From a virus, in UHGV virus genome UHGV-0111502: a stretch of 13,045 bases of DNA, one strand, 5' to 3'. The notes under the pieces were generated by a model. That model made no database searches. It worked only from the letters and a program-made list of their open reading frames with translations, and was not told the DNA's origin. Below, in pieces: positions 1 through 10,485 of the stretch. Both the position numbers and the translations under genes were made by a program. Position 1 is the stretch's first letter, and the number at the start of each line of letters is the position of its first letter.

Positions 1-49
1 CACAGCACAAAGTGCATGAAGGAAAGGTGTTATATCCATTACGCCTCCT

Positions 50-754
50 TTATCCGATATCGCTTCGGGAAGTTAATAACAACTTTAATTCTGACTCAAG
101 TTCATCAACTCTTTCAGTCAGTTTCTGGATATGGTGAATCAGTGGAACAACCAGACGTTCGTACATTACACCTTCGGCAACAAGGCCATTGCTGGAAATA
201 GCTTCAGGAGCATCATCTTCGTTAGCTGGTCGCCAGTGTACAAACTGAGGGGCAATTTCTCCTACTTCCTCGGCAATCAATCCGTAGAACCCCCAGTCAC
301 GCCTGTCATTTTCGCATTGCGACCTGTACCACACAGGGCGCATCCTGAAAATGACATCGGCGTGCTCTGAATCTATCGTCTCTACTGAATGTTTATAGCG
401 AATAGACGATGTTGACCGCAGTACAGACGAAATTGCAGGGTCAGGATTAAGATAAAGGTTTGCCGCCGCTGTAGTCGTGCCCAATCCCCACAAATAAAAC
501 GCTTCACGGCCAGTCAACGGGTAAAAATCTCCACCATAACGACCGCTTTCCAGATCGTTCACTTCCAGTTTGTTTTTCAGCTTATTATCAACTTCAGTTT
601 TTGTGTATCTGGTACTGATATCCTGCTTTGCACTGGTCATATCAGTCTGAAGCGTTGATACTTTTCCGTTAATTGAGGAAATATCTTCCTTAGTTTTACT
701 GACATCTCCCTTTAGCGTGGTGATATCTCCTGGAATTACTGTCGATGTAGCCAT
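50..754 (-). CDS. Tail fibre/tail spike-like protein with N-terminal coiled-coil-like region and C-terminal intramolecular-chaperone (peptidase S74-type) domain
   Basis: 234-aa ORF; ATG at 754-752 preceded by GAGGGAG Shine-Dalgarno. N-terminal heptad-like repeats (DITTLKGDVSKTKEDISSINGKVSTLQTD). C-terminal block SSIRYKHSVETID...DWGFYGLIAEEV...NGLVAEGVMYERLVVPLI...ELESELKLL resembles tail-fibre C-terminal auto-chaperone domains. Family call from memory, not a search. Confidence 0.55.
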   Translation of the reverse strand: MATSTVIPGDITTLKGDVSKTKEDISSINGKVSTLQTDMTSAKQDISTRYTKTEVDNKLKNKLEVNDLESGRYGGDFYPLTGREAFYLWGLGTTTAAANLYLNPDPAISSVLRSTSSIRYKHSVETIDSEHADVIFRMRPVWYRSQCENDRRDWGFYGLIAEEVGEIAPQFVHWRPANEDDAPEAISSNGLVAEGVMYERLVVPLIHHIQKLTERVDELESELKLLLTSRSDIG

Positions 755-763
755 TTGTCTCCC

Positions 764-1045
764 TCACATCCAGCCACGAAGTTGATGCTCAACAACAACC
801 GCGTATTTATCGAATATTGACGATTTTTTTGCATCATTAATGATGCGCACGTTTACAAAATATCCGTCTTCCTTAACACATACCGGTTCGCCATCTTCAG
901 TCAGTTCTCCGGTTTCTTTGTACACGTTACCTATCACGTCAATAAGAATATCATCCTGCATCGACTCGTCATCATAATAGCCAATACTCTCCATAAAGGC
1001 CGAAAAGTCGGCCCTGTCTGCAAATTTGAGTGTTAAATCTTTCAT
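764..1045 (-). CDS. Hypothetical small acidic protein (93 aa) within the tail-fibre cluster
   Basis: ATG at 1045-1043 overlaps the TGA stop of the upstream gene (ATGA) and is preceded by GGGGGAGAG Shine-Dalgarno; the stop at 764 lies within the ribosome-binding region of the next gene. No family recognised. Confidence 0.45.
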   Translation of the reverse strand: MKDLTLKFADRADFSAFMESIGYYDDESMQDDILIDVIGNVYKETGELTEDGEPVCVKEDGYFVNVRIINDAKKSSIFDKYAVVVEHQLRGWM

Positions 1046-2228
1046 TTAATACTCTCCCCCATTTGCGCATCAGTTAATTCTTTATGCCAGATACGCAGAT
1101 TACGGATATGACCAAAAAGATGATACTCCCCATTAGTGCCCTGCCCTCCAATTCGCAATACTGCCCGTGGAACAATTGAAGTCCATGTTGTTTTTGCCGC
1201 AACAGATAATTCACCATTACATACGGCCTGAACATCTCCATCAGCGCCACAACGGAAGCCTGAAATGATTTTCCTCTGGGTTGTTGCCACATATTTATTA
1301 CACCCTCCCATAGAAATAAAAGGAGAACCGGCATCAGAGAAATTATTACCACGGAATCCATGCGTGAACAGACCATTTTCCTGATAATCTTTAACATTAA
1401 AGATTAATGGTGATTTGCTGGGAGGGATATCCCAGTTTTTATTAACTTCAACAAGAGCACTGAATGGTAATCGGTGAATATTGTTTCTTACAGGTATTGT
1501 CACCATGTCGCTGGAGCGAGTGCCAGGAGCCCCTTCAGTAATGATAAATGACGTCCTGTACGACCCAATCTCCGCCTGAGGCATCGCAATATCTAACGTA
1601 GAGCCATTGGGGATAATACTGATTCCAGGCATCGCCAGGATTTCAAATCTTGAGCTGATTATCATTTCCGCATCTGCAAAAAGAGTGGCGGTAAACAACC
1701 ACCATTCACCGACTCTTTCTGCCGTCACCGTCACATTATTTCCATGAACAACATTTCCCGTAACAGGATCCAGAGCTGCATCTGAATGAAAAACAAACGC
1801 ACCATTATCAGACATTTTTCCGAACCTTGCACGACACCGGGAATTATCACTTTTCGTCAGACACGATATCGTCGTATAAGAACCTGCCGGGCAGGTGTAA
1901 GCATCATTCGTGTTTACAGCAATTGCCTGATATCCTTGTGCTGTCGGATTTTCATTAATAACAGTTATCCTTCCATAGTTAAACCCCTTATCACTGTCGA
2001 ACGACTCAACAGACACACTACCCGTGTTATTCCATGCTTCTGGTGTATTTGAATTTCTGAAATAGTTTGTTCTCTGTCCTTCAATCAGCAAACCTTCTCG
2101 TTCAAATCGCGGTTCGTCAACTTCAGCAACGGTTAATACACCTGATTTATTAATGTATGTTGCACCTGATGCGCGTTTGAAGCTAACAACCTTATCGGAT
2201 GGCATTTTAATAACATCATCACCTACGG

Positions 2229-5017
<2,789 letters not shown>

Positions 5018-5043
<26 letters not shown>

Positions 5044-5563
5044 TCAGCAACCCCGGTATCAGTTCATCCAGCGCGGCTGCTTTGTTCATGGCTTTGATGA
5101 TATCCCGTTTCAGGAAATCAACATGTCGGTTTTCCAGTTCCGGAAAACGCCGCTGCACCGACAGGGGGATCCCGTCGAGAATACTGGCAATTTCACCTGC
5201 GATCCGCGACAGCACGAAAGTACAGAATGCGGTTTCCACCACTTCAGCGGAGTCTCTGGCATTTTTCAGCTCCTGTGCGTCGGCCTGTGCACGCGTAAGT
5301 CGGTGGCGTTCGTACTCAATAGTCCCTGGCTGGAGATCTGTCTCGCTGGCCTGCCGCAGTTCTTCAACTTCCCGGCGCAGCTTTTCGTTCTCAATTTCAG
5401 CATCCCTTTCGGCATACCATTTTATAACGGCGGCAGAGTCATAAAGCACCTCATTACCCTTGCCACCGCCTCGCAGAACGGGCATTCCCTGTTCCTGCCA
5501 GTTCTGAATGGTACGGATACTCGCACCGAAAATGTCAGCCAGCTGCTTTTTGTTGACTTCCAT
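5018..5563 (-). CDS. nu1: Terminase small subunit (lambda Nu1-like, 181 aa)
   Basis: 181-aa ORF MEVNKKQLADIFGASIRTIQNWQEQGMPVLRGGGKGNEVLYDSAAVIKWYAERD... matches lambda Nu1 as remembered (N-terminal DNA-binding fold), and lies immediately downstream of the cos region. Confidence 0.95.
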
Positions 5564-5790
5564 TGTTCATTCCACGGCCAAAAACAGAGAAAGGAAACGA
5601 CAGAGGCCCAAAAGTTCGTTTTCAGCACCTGTCGTTTCCTTTCTTTTCAGGGGGTATTTTAAATAAAAACATTAAGTTACGACGAAGAAGAACGGAAACG
5701 CCTTAAACCGGAAAATTTTCATAAATAGCGAAAACCCGCGAGGTCGCCGCCCCGTAACCTGTCGGATCGCCGGAAAGGACCCGCAAAATG
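5564..5790 (-). other. cos: Lambda-type cos region: cosN 12-nt cohesive-end sequence, flanking cosQ side, and cosB with Nu1-binding repeats
   Basis: Plus-strand aggtcgccgccc at 5741-5752 is the reverse complement of the lambda cohesive end GGGCGGCGACCT. The adjacent cgtaacctgtcggatcgccggaaaggacccg (5753-5783) is the reverse complement of the lambda right-end sequence. Between cosN and the Nu1 start there is a perfect 13-bp inverted repeat, aaggaaacgacag (5591-5603) and ctgtcgtttcctt (5629-5641), plus a related aacggaaacgcc near 5690-5702, consistent with R-type Nu1 sites. Confidence 0.85.
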
Positions 5791-5951
5791 ATAATGATTA
5801 TCATCTACATGTCACAACGTGCATCTACGCCATCAAACCACGTCAAATAATCAATTATGACGCAGGTATCGTATTAATTGATCTGCATCAACTTAACGTA
5901 AAAACAACTTCAGACAATACAAATCAGTGACACTGAATACAGGGCAACCTC

Positions 5952-6185
5952 ATGTCAACGAAGAACAGAACCCGCAGAACAACAACCCGCAACATCCGCT
6001 TTCCTAACCCAATGATTGAACAAATTAACATCGCTCTTGATCAAAAAGGGTCCGGGAATTTCTCAGCCTGGGTCATTGAAGCCTGCCGCCGAAGACTGTG
6101 CTCAGAAAAAAGAGTTTCGCCTGAAGCAAACAAAGAAAAGAGTGACATTACTGAATTGCTCAGAAAGCAGGTCAGACCAGATTGA
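5952..6185 (+). CDS. Small basic protein resembling the lambda right-end ORF (lambdap79/YlcI-like, possibly DUF3950-type)
   Basis: 77-aa ORF MSTKNRTRRTTTRNIRFPNPMIEQINIALDQKGSGNFSAWVIEACRRRL...; ATG at 5952; lies on the opposite strand next to cos, as the corresponding small ORF does in lambda. Family name recalled, not verified. Confidence 0.55.
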   Translation: MSTKNRTRRTTTRNIRFPNPMIEQINIALDQKGSGNFSAWVIEACRRRLCSEKRVSPEANKEKSDITELLRKQVRPD

Positions 6186-6242
6186 AGCAATTTAGATAAT
6201 CGTGCAGACTAGGTACCCTCATATCACATGGAAGGTACTACA

Positions 6243-6653
6243 ATGGCTCAGGTTGCCATTTTTAAACAAATATTCGATAAAGTGCGAAATAATTTAAACT
6301 ATCACTGGTTTTATTCTGAACTAAAACGTCACAATGTCTCACATTACATTTACTATTTAGCCACAGAGAATATTCATCTTGTTCTTGAAAACGATAATAC
6401 GGTTTTAATAAAAGGACAGGGTAAGGTTGTAAATGTAAGATTTTCAAAAAATAAATGCCTTATAGAAGCCACCTTAAAAGGATTCAAATCAGGAGAGTTA
6501 TCATTTTACGAATACAGGAAAAATCTTGCTACAGCAGGGGTTTTCAGATGGATTACAAATATCCACGAAAACAAAAGGTATTACTATACCTTTGATAATT
6601 CATTACTCTTTACTGAGAACATTCAGAACACTACACAAATATTTCCGCACTAA
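6243..6653 (+). CDS. ybcV: YbcV-like prophage protein (DUF1398-type), AT-rich moron
   Basis: ORF track begins at 6228, but the ATG at 6243 is preferred because it follows a GGAAGG Shine-Dalgarno at 6230-6235. Product [58 protein letters not shown]...; markedly AT-rich; position and orientation match ybcV in DLP12-type prophages as remembered. Confidence 0.5.
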   Translation: MAQVAIFKQIFDKVRNNLNYHWFYSELKRHNVSHYIYYLATENIHLVLENDNTVLIKGQGKVVNVRFSKNKCLIEATLKGFKSGELSFYEYRKNLATAGVFRWITNIHENKRYYYTFDNSLLFTENIQNTTQIFPH

Positions 6654-6836
6654 ATCATAACGTCCGGTTTCTTCCGTGCCAGAACCGGACTCGCTGGCAT
6701 GATGAAATATGTGTACCCGGTAACCCCGGTGTGCATCGTTTTTGATTATTCCCGCACACTCGCGCAGAAGGAATTCCCCGTCGGGCTACGGTCATGGTTA
6801 ATGCGGGAATACGGCGACGATACAGCGCATAATGTG

Positions 6837-7385
6837 TCAGGCTTGAATACCTTTATCGAATCCCGGTAATAAAAACTGTCCCTGTCTCTCCAGACGTTCC
6901 AGCTTTGCAAGCAATTGAGGTTTTTTCGTTCTCCCCCAGCGATTGAGCAGACGGCCTGACATGCTGGCGACATCCTTCTCTTTCATGTACTCCAGCATTA
7001 CGGCGTTACGTTCTGCTTCATAACTTTCGCTGTACTTACGGAGTTCTGCTGACATCCAGTTAAACGCATTGATATAGGCTTCTTTAACAGCATCGGCTTT
7101 TGCTCCGTTAAATCCCATAACCAGCATAACGAAGCCACTAAAGTCCATGCGGTAGTAAATCTGTTTCTTGTCAAAAATCCCTAAGTCATTGATTTTCTCG
7201 ACGGCCCAAAAATGGGTTGTCGAGAATTCCTCAGAACATCTCAAACATTTAATAGCCCTAATCACATGCTGATGGCGTTTACCAAATGCCCTGGCAATCT
7301 GGAAGGTGTCAGTTACCGGTTGACCTTCTGCTGCGGTAACTAACTGGCGAAAGTCGAAGTCATGATTCGCAATTAATTCATTCAT
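6837..7385 (-). CDS. Phage regulatory protein, Rha family (antirepressor-like)
   Basis: Conserved Rha-type blocks LVTAAEGQPVTDTFQIARAFGKRHQHVIRAI and FDKKQIYYRMDFSGFVMLVMGFNGAKADAVKEAYINAFNWM. The ORF track start at 7454 is a GTG; the internal ATG at 7385 (MNELIANHDFDF...) is the preferred start, but this is uncertain. Confidence 0.55.
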   Translation of the reverse strand: MNELIANHDFDFRQLVTAAEGQPVTDTFQIARAFGKRHQHVIRAIKCLRCSEEFSTTHFWAVEKINDLGIFDKKQIYYRMDFSGFVMLVMGFNGAKADAVKEAYINAFNWMSAELRKYSESYEAERNAVMLEYMKEKDVASMSGRLLNRWGRTKKPQLLAKLERLERQGQFLLPGFDKGIQA

Positions 7386-7603
7386 GGCGTTGCCTGCTTC
7401 TTTGAAATGAACCTTTGCCGCACAGGAAACCAGCCCACCGAGGCTCGCCAGCACTAACTGGTATCCTCAAAGGCCCATTCCAAAGGGTCAGGTTCGGTGT
7501 TTATTGTGCGCTGCGGTGCGCGGTGAAATACCGGTACAAAAATGCCCCGCATCTGCGAGGCATTTTCCTGAAAGTCACTTGTTAAATTTCAGTGAAATTA
7601 AAA

Positions 7604-8062
7604 TTATTTTAAGCACTGCGTCCTGATGTACTCCTGCAGGTAGTTAACCTGCGCGGTTATCCTGTCGATTCCACTTCGGAGACGGTAATAATTGAGTTCA
7701 GCATCTGCTGTAAGTCCTGGGCTTTCTCCATCGCCCATGCCGCTGGCTCCGGTCGTTGACTTTGCACAGGTGGCGGCGACTTGCAGGCGCTTACGCCCAG
7801 CAGAAACATCAGCACGGAGACTTTCGATAGTCGCGTTAGCATCAGCAAGCTCCTTTGTGTATCTTGCGTCGAGTTCTGCTACATCACGTTGACGCTTCCG
7901 CATGTCAGCGATGGTGGCGGTCGCCTGCTTCAGCTCACTGACTTTTTTATCTCGCTGTTCTTTGTAGGCGATGGCGTTATCACGGTAATGATTGACCGCC
8001 CACGACAGGCAGACGATGATGCAGATAACCAGAGCGGAGATAATCGCGGTTACTCTGCTCAT
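7604..8062 (-). CDS. Rz: Spanin, inner-membrane subunit (Rz-like)
   Basis: [40 protein letters not shown]... has an N-terminal transmembrane helix followed by a coiled-coil periplasmic domain, very similar to lambda Rz as remembered. The ATG at 8062 overlaps the upstream stop (ATGA) and follows a GGGGGA Shine-Dalgarno; the track start at 8074 is a GTG. Confidence 0.85.
   Translation of the reverse strand: MSRVTAIISALVICIIVCLSWAVNHYRDNAIAYKEQRDKKVSELKQATATIADMRKRQRDVAELDARYTKELADANATIESLRADVSAGRKRLQVAATCAKSTTGASGMGDGESPGLTADAELNYYRLRSGIDRITAQVNYLQEYIRTQCLK
7657..7842 (-). CDS. Rz1: Spanin, outer-membrane lipoprotein subunit (Rz1-like), embedded out of frame inside Rz
   Basis: ORF lies entirely within Rz in another frame. 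The ATG at 7842 follows an AAGGAG Shine-Dalgarno; the product [20 protein letters not shown]... has a signal peptide with lipobox VSAC followed by a proline-rich segment ([16 protein letters not shown]), typical of Rz1. Confidence 0.75.
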   Translation of the reverse strand: MLTRLSKVSVLMFLLGVSACKSPPPVQSQRPEPAAWAMEKAQDLQQMLNSIITVSEVESTG

Positions 8063-8256
8063 TGTTTCCCCCACAAACAGACTTCACGCTCAATCTCACG
8101 GCGAGTCATCAGTCCTTTCCATTGATTACCGCCAGCGTATGTCCAGCGCCGTAGCTGATCACATGCGCCTTTAATATCACCCTGGTTTATTTTGCGAAGA
8201 AGCGTCGATGTTCTGAAATTGCCAGCACCCGTTGTTAACTTATCCATGGATTTCAT
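8059..8256 (-). pseudogene. Lysis-cassette remnant: in-frame fusion of a pinholin (S21/EssD-type) N-terminus to the C-terminal about 55 codons of a phage-21/RrrD-type lysozyme
   Basis: 65-codon [68 protein letters not shown]. Its first 6-10 residues match the dual-start N-terminus of the phage 21 pinholin (MKSMDK...) as remembered; the remainder matches the extreme C-terminus of the RrrD/R21-type endolysin. The catalytic N-terminal region and most of the holin are absent. A GAGGTGGGG Shine-Dalgarno is retained upstream of the ATG. Confidence 0.65.
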
Positions 8257-8829
8257 AACCCCACCTCGCAGACAAAGCGGGTGTAAATTGAGGGAATACT
8301 ACGAAACGTAACAGACTCGGAGTCAGTGAATAACTCAGGTATTGGGTTATCAGCTAATATCGAGACTCAAAAAATGGAAAAACCCGCTCGACGGCGGGTT
8401 TAAGCTGTGTGACGAAGTAACCACTCTTAACAGCATAACCAATTTTTTACGTACGTAAACTACTAAATGATATTTGCGAGAATGCTACCGAGTATTGAAA
8501 ACACCACTACAAATACATAAGCAAATCTCAACAAATAACCAACAAATAATTTCCAGCGTTATTTTTAGCCAATTTAAATTGAACCTTCAAATTATAGAGC
8601 ACTTATAAATAACAGCCATTAATATAAATTGGCTAATAGATTTATTTTTATTCAGCCAAGAGCCATGAATAGGATTCGATAGAAAAAAGTTCAGATAAAA
8701 ATAGAGATCTACTTCACAAATTAAACGAGAAACCAAAACTTACATCTTGAAATAATCACATTGATTAGATGAATATTTATCGCGCAGTGACATCATTTTT
8801 TAATAATAGTTCAAAAAAAAGGGCTCACG

Positions 8830-9912
8830 ATGAAAAAATTAACAGTGGCAATTTCTGCTGTAGCTGCATCAGTACTGATGGCGATGTCTGCTCAGGCAGC
8901 TGAAATTTATAATAAAGACAGTAACAAGCTGGATCTGTACGGGAAAGTTAATGCTAAGCACTACTTCTCCTCTAATGATGCAGATGATGGTGATACTACT
9001 TATGCCCGTCTTGGCTTCAAAGGTGAAACCCAAATCAACGATCAACTGACTGGTTTCGGTCAGTGGGAATATGAATTCAAAGGCAACCGCGCTGAATCTC
9101 AAGGTTCTTCCAAAGACAAAACCCGTCTTGCATTTGCAGGCCTGAAATTTGGTGATTACGGCTCAATCGATTACGGCCGTAACTACGGTGTAGCATACGA
9201 CATCGGTGCGTGGACTGACGTCCTGCCAGAATTCGGTGGTGATACCTGGACCCAAACAGATGTGTTCATGACTGGTCGCACTACTGGTGTTGCAACTTAT
9301 CGTAACAACGACTTCTTTGGTCTGGTCGATGGCCTGAACTTTGCTGCTCAGTATCAGGGTAAAAATGACCGCACTGACGTAACTGAAGCCAATGGTGATG
9401 GTTTCGGTTTCTCCACTACTTATGAGTATGAAGGATTCGGCGTGGGTGCAACCTATGCTAAATCAGATCGCACTGACGGTCAGGTCGCCTATGGTAAGAG
9501 CAAATTCAATGCCTCCGGCAAAAATGCGGAAGTATGGGCTGCAGGCCTGAAATATGATGCGAACAATATCTATCTGGCTACCACATATTCTGAAACTCAG
9601 AATATGACCGTTTTTGGTAATAACCATATTGCAAACAAAGCACAAAACTTTGAAGCAGTAGCACAATATCAGTTTGACTTCGGTCTGCGCCCATCTGTTG
9701 CTTACCTTCAGTCAAAAGGTAAAGACCTTGGTGTTCATGGTGACCGAGACTTAGTCAAGTATGTCGATGTCGGTGCTACTTACTACTTTAATAAAAACAT
9801 GTCCACTTTTGTTGATTACAAAATCAACTTAATTGACGATAGTAAGTTTACCAAAACAGCTGGTATTGATACTGATGATATCGTTGCTGTAGGTCTGGTT
9901 TACCAGTTCTAA
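8830..9912 (+). CDS. nmpC: Phage-encoded outer-membrane general porin (NmpC/Lc/OmpC-OmpF family), full length with signal peptide
   Basis: 360-aa [26 protein letters not shown]|[25 protein letters not shown]... ending in the porin C-terminal signature ...[12 protein letters not shown] at 8830, TAA at 9910-9912; oriented opposite to Q and the late genes, as nmpC/lc are in DLP12/PA-2-type phages. Confidence 0.9.
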   Translation: MKKLTVAISAVAASVLMAMSAQAAEIYNKDSNKLDLYGKVNAKHYFSSNDADDGDTTYARLGFKGETQINDQLTGFGQWEYEFKGNRAESQGSSKDKTRLAFAGLKFGDYGSIDYGRNYGVAYDIGAWTDVLPEFGGDTWTQTDVFMTGRTTGVATYRNNDFFGLVDGLNFAAQYQGKNDRTDVTEANGDGFGFSTTYEYEGFGVGATYAKSDRTDGQVAYGKSKFNASGKNAEVWAAGLKYDANNIYLATTYSETQNMTVFGNNHIANKAQNFEAVAQYQFDFGLRPSVAYLQSKGKDLGVHGDRDLVKYVDVGATYYFNKNMSTFVDYKINLIDDSKFTKTAGIDTDDIVAVGLVYQF

Positions 9913-9920
9913 TCTGATTA

Positions 9921-9959
9921 CGAAAAAGATATGTTGCGGGAGGCGTTGCCTCCCCAACA
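9921..9959 (-). terminator. Candidate intrinsic terminator on the minus strand (tR'-like), just downstream of the putative late promoter and just before the antisense porin
   Basis: Plus-strand 9932-9959 tgttgcgggaggcgttgcctccccaaca forms a 12-bp stem with one bulge and a 3-nt loop; on the minus strand the hairpin is followed directly by UAUCUUUUUCGU (reverse complement of 9920-9931). Confidence 0.45.
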
Positions 9960-10025
9960 TATAAGTGGCTCCCTCAAGCCACTTCCTTTAGAAGCACAAC
10001 CTTGCATCTAACTATATAAACCTTC

Positions 10026-10062
10026 TGTTATATATTACCCTTTATTTTTGGGGGCGTCTCAA
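10026..10062 (-). promoter_or_regulatory. Candidate Q-dependent late promoter (PR'-like)
   Basis: On the minus strand: TTGAGA (complement of 10057-10062), an 18-nt spacer, then TAATAT (complement of 10032-10037). It lies about 65-75 bp downstream of the Q stop, similar to the Q-to-PR' spacing in lambda; the predicted short transcript would end at the 9921-9959 terminator. Motif-based inference only. Confidence 0.4.
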
Positions 10063-10085
10063 CGCCCCATTTTTAATAATTTTTA
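10043..10085 (+). terminator. Candidate intrinsic terminator on the plus strand (end of the porin transcript / 3' UTR)
   Basis: GC stem GGGGCGT(10051-10057)/ACGCCCC(10062-10068) with loop CTCA, followed on the plus strand by AUUUUUAAUAAUUUUU. On the minus strand it is followed by an A-run, so it is unidirectional. Confidence 0.45.
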
Positions 10086-10101
10086 GTAAACAATTGGCAT
10101 A

Positions 10102-10485
10102 TTAATTAGAGTTATTAACAACGATATCCATCTCTAACCGGATATCTAATGCCATTAACATCCCTTCAATTATGCCCTCAGCCTTTTGTAACCTTTTCCC
10201 GATATAACCATCAGAGCAGCAATGCTTACCTGCCAGTGACATGAATGTCATACCGACTATATAATAATCTACTAATAAATCGTGCAAATCGCTGTTGTTC
10301 TTTTTCAGACGGGCCATGCACCCGCAAATGATCATCGCGTCATCGTCACAACATTGCGGGCGAGATTTTACTTTTGAAGGAATTAATCCCTTAAAACCGG
10401 CAGCAATGGACGACCAGGTCACATCCTCATGATTATTTGCCGCCCATGCGCCCCAGCGTTCAAGAACCATCTGAATATCACGCAT
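10102..10485 (-). CDS. quuD: Late-gene antiterminator Q (phage 82/QuuD type, 127 aa)
   Basis: [62 protein letters not shown]... matches the 82-type Q/QuuD sequence as remembered, including the Cys-rich zinc-binding region. The true ATG at 10485-10483 overlaps the upstream stop (TAATG); the track start at 10494 is a GTG. Confidence 0.8.
   Translation of the reverse strand: MRDIQMVLERWGAWAANNHEDVTWSSIAAGFKGLIPSKVKSRPQCCDDDAMIICGCMARLKKNNSDLHDLLVDYYIVGMTFMSLAGKHCCSDGYIGKRLQKAEGIIEGMLMALDIRLEMDIVVNNSN

Noticed and set aside
16-370. Plus-strand ORFs of 61 and 79 aa at the left edge
   Set aside because: Antisense to the 234-aa tail-fibre-like gene, which has strong translation signals and recognisable domains.
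1074-2052. 107-aa minus-strand ORF and 88-aa plus-strand ORF inside the tail-fibre gene
   Set aside because: Embedded in or antisense to the 407-aa ORF with no independent support.
5082-5662. 120-aa and 179-aa plus-strand ORFs overlapping Nu1 and the cosB region
   Set aside because: Antisense to the conserved Nu1 gene and running across the cos Nu1-binding repeats; the low-complexity Ser/Arg-rich translation is typical of spurious antisense frames.
6746-6973. 75-aa minus-strand ORF overlapping the 3' end of the Rha-family gene
   Set aside because: Out-of-frame overlap with a better-supported gene; no ribosome-binding site or motif.
7692-8174. Plus-strand ORFs of 66, 114 and 60 aa across Rz and the lysis remnant
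   Set aside because: Antisense to Rz/Rz1, whose two overlapping frames already account for the open frames here.
8257-8829. Possible intact holin or small lysis gene hidden in the AT-rich region
   Set aside because: No open frame with a plausible start, ribosome-binding site and transmembrane-like hydrophobic stretch was found by eye. The holin signal present is only the MKSMDK start fused to the lysozyme tail. A short ORF under 60 codons cannot be fully excluded.
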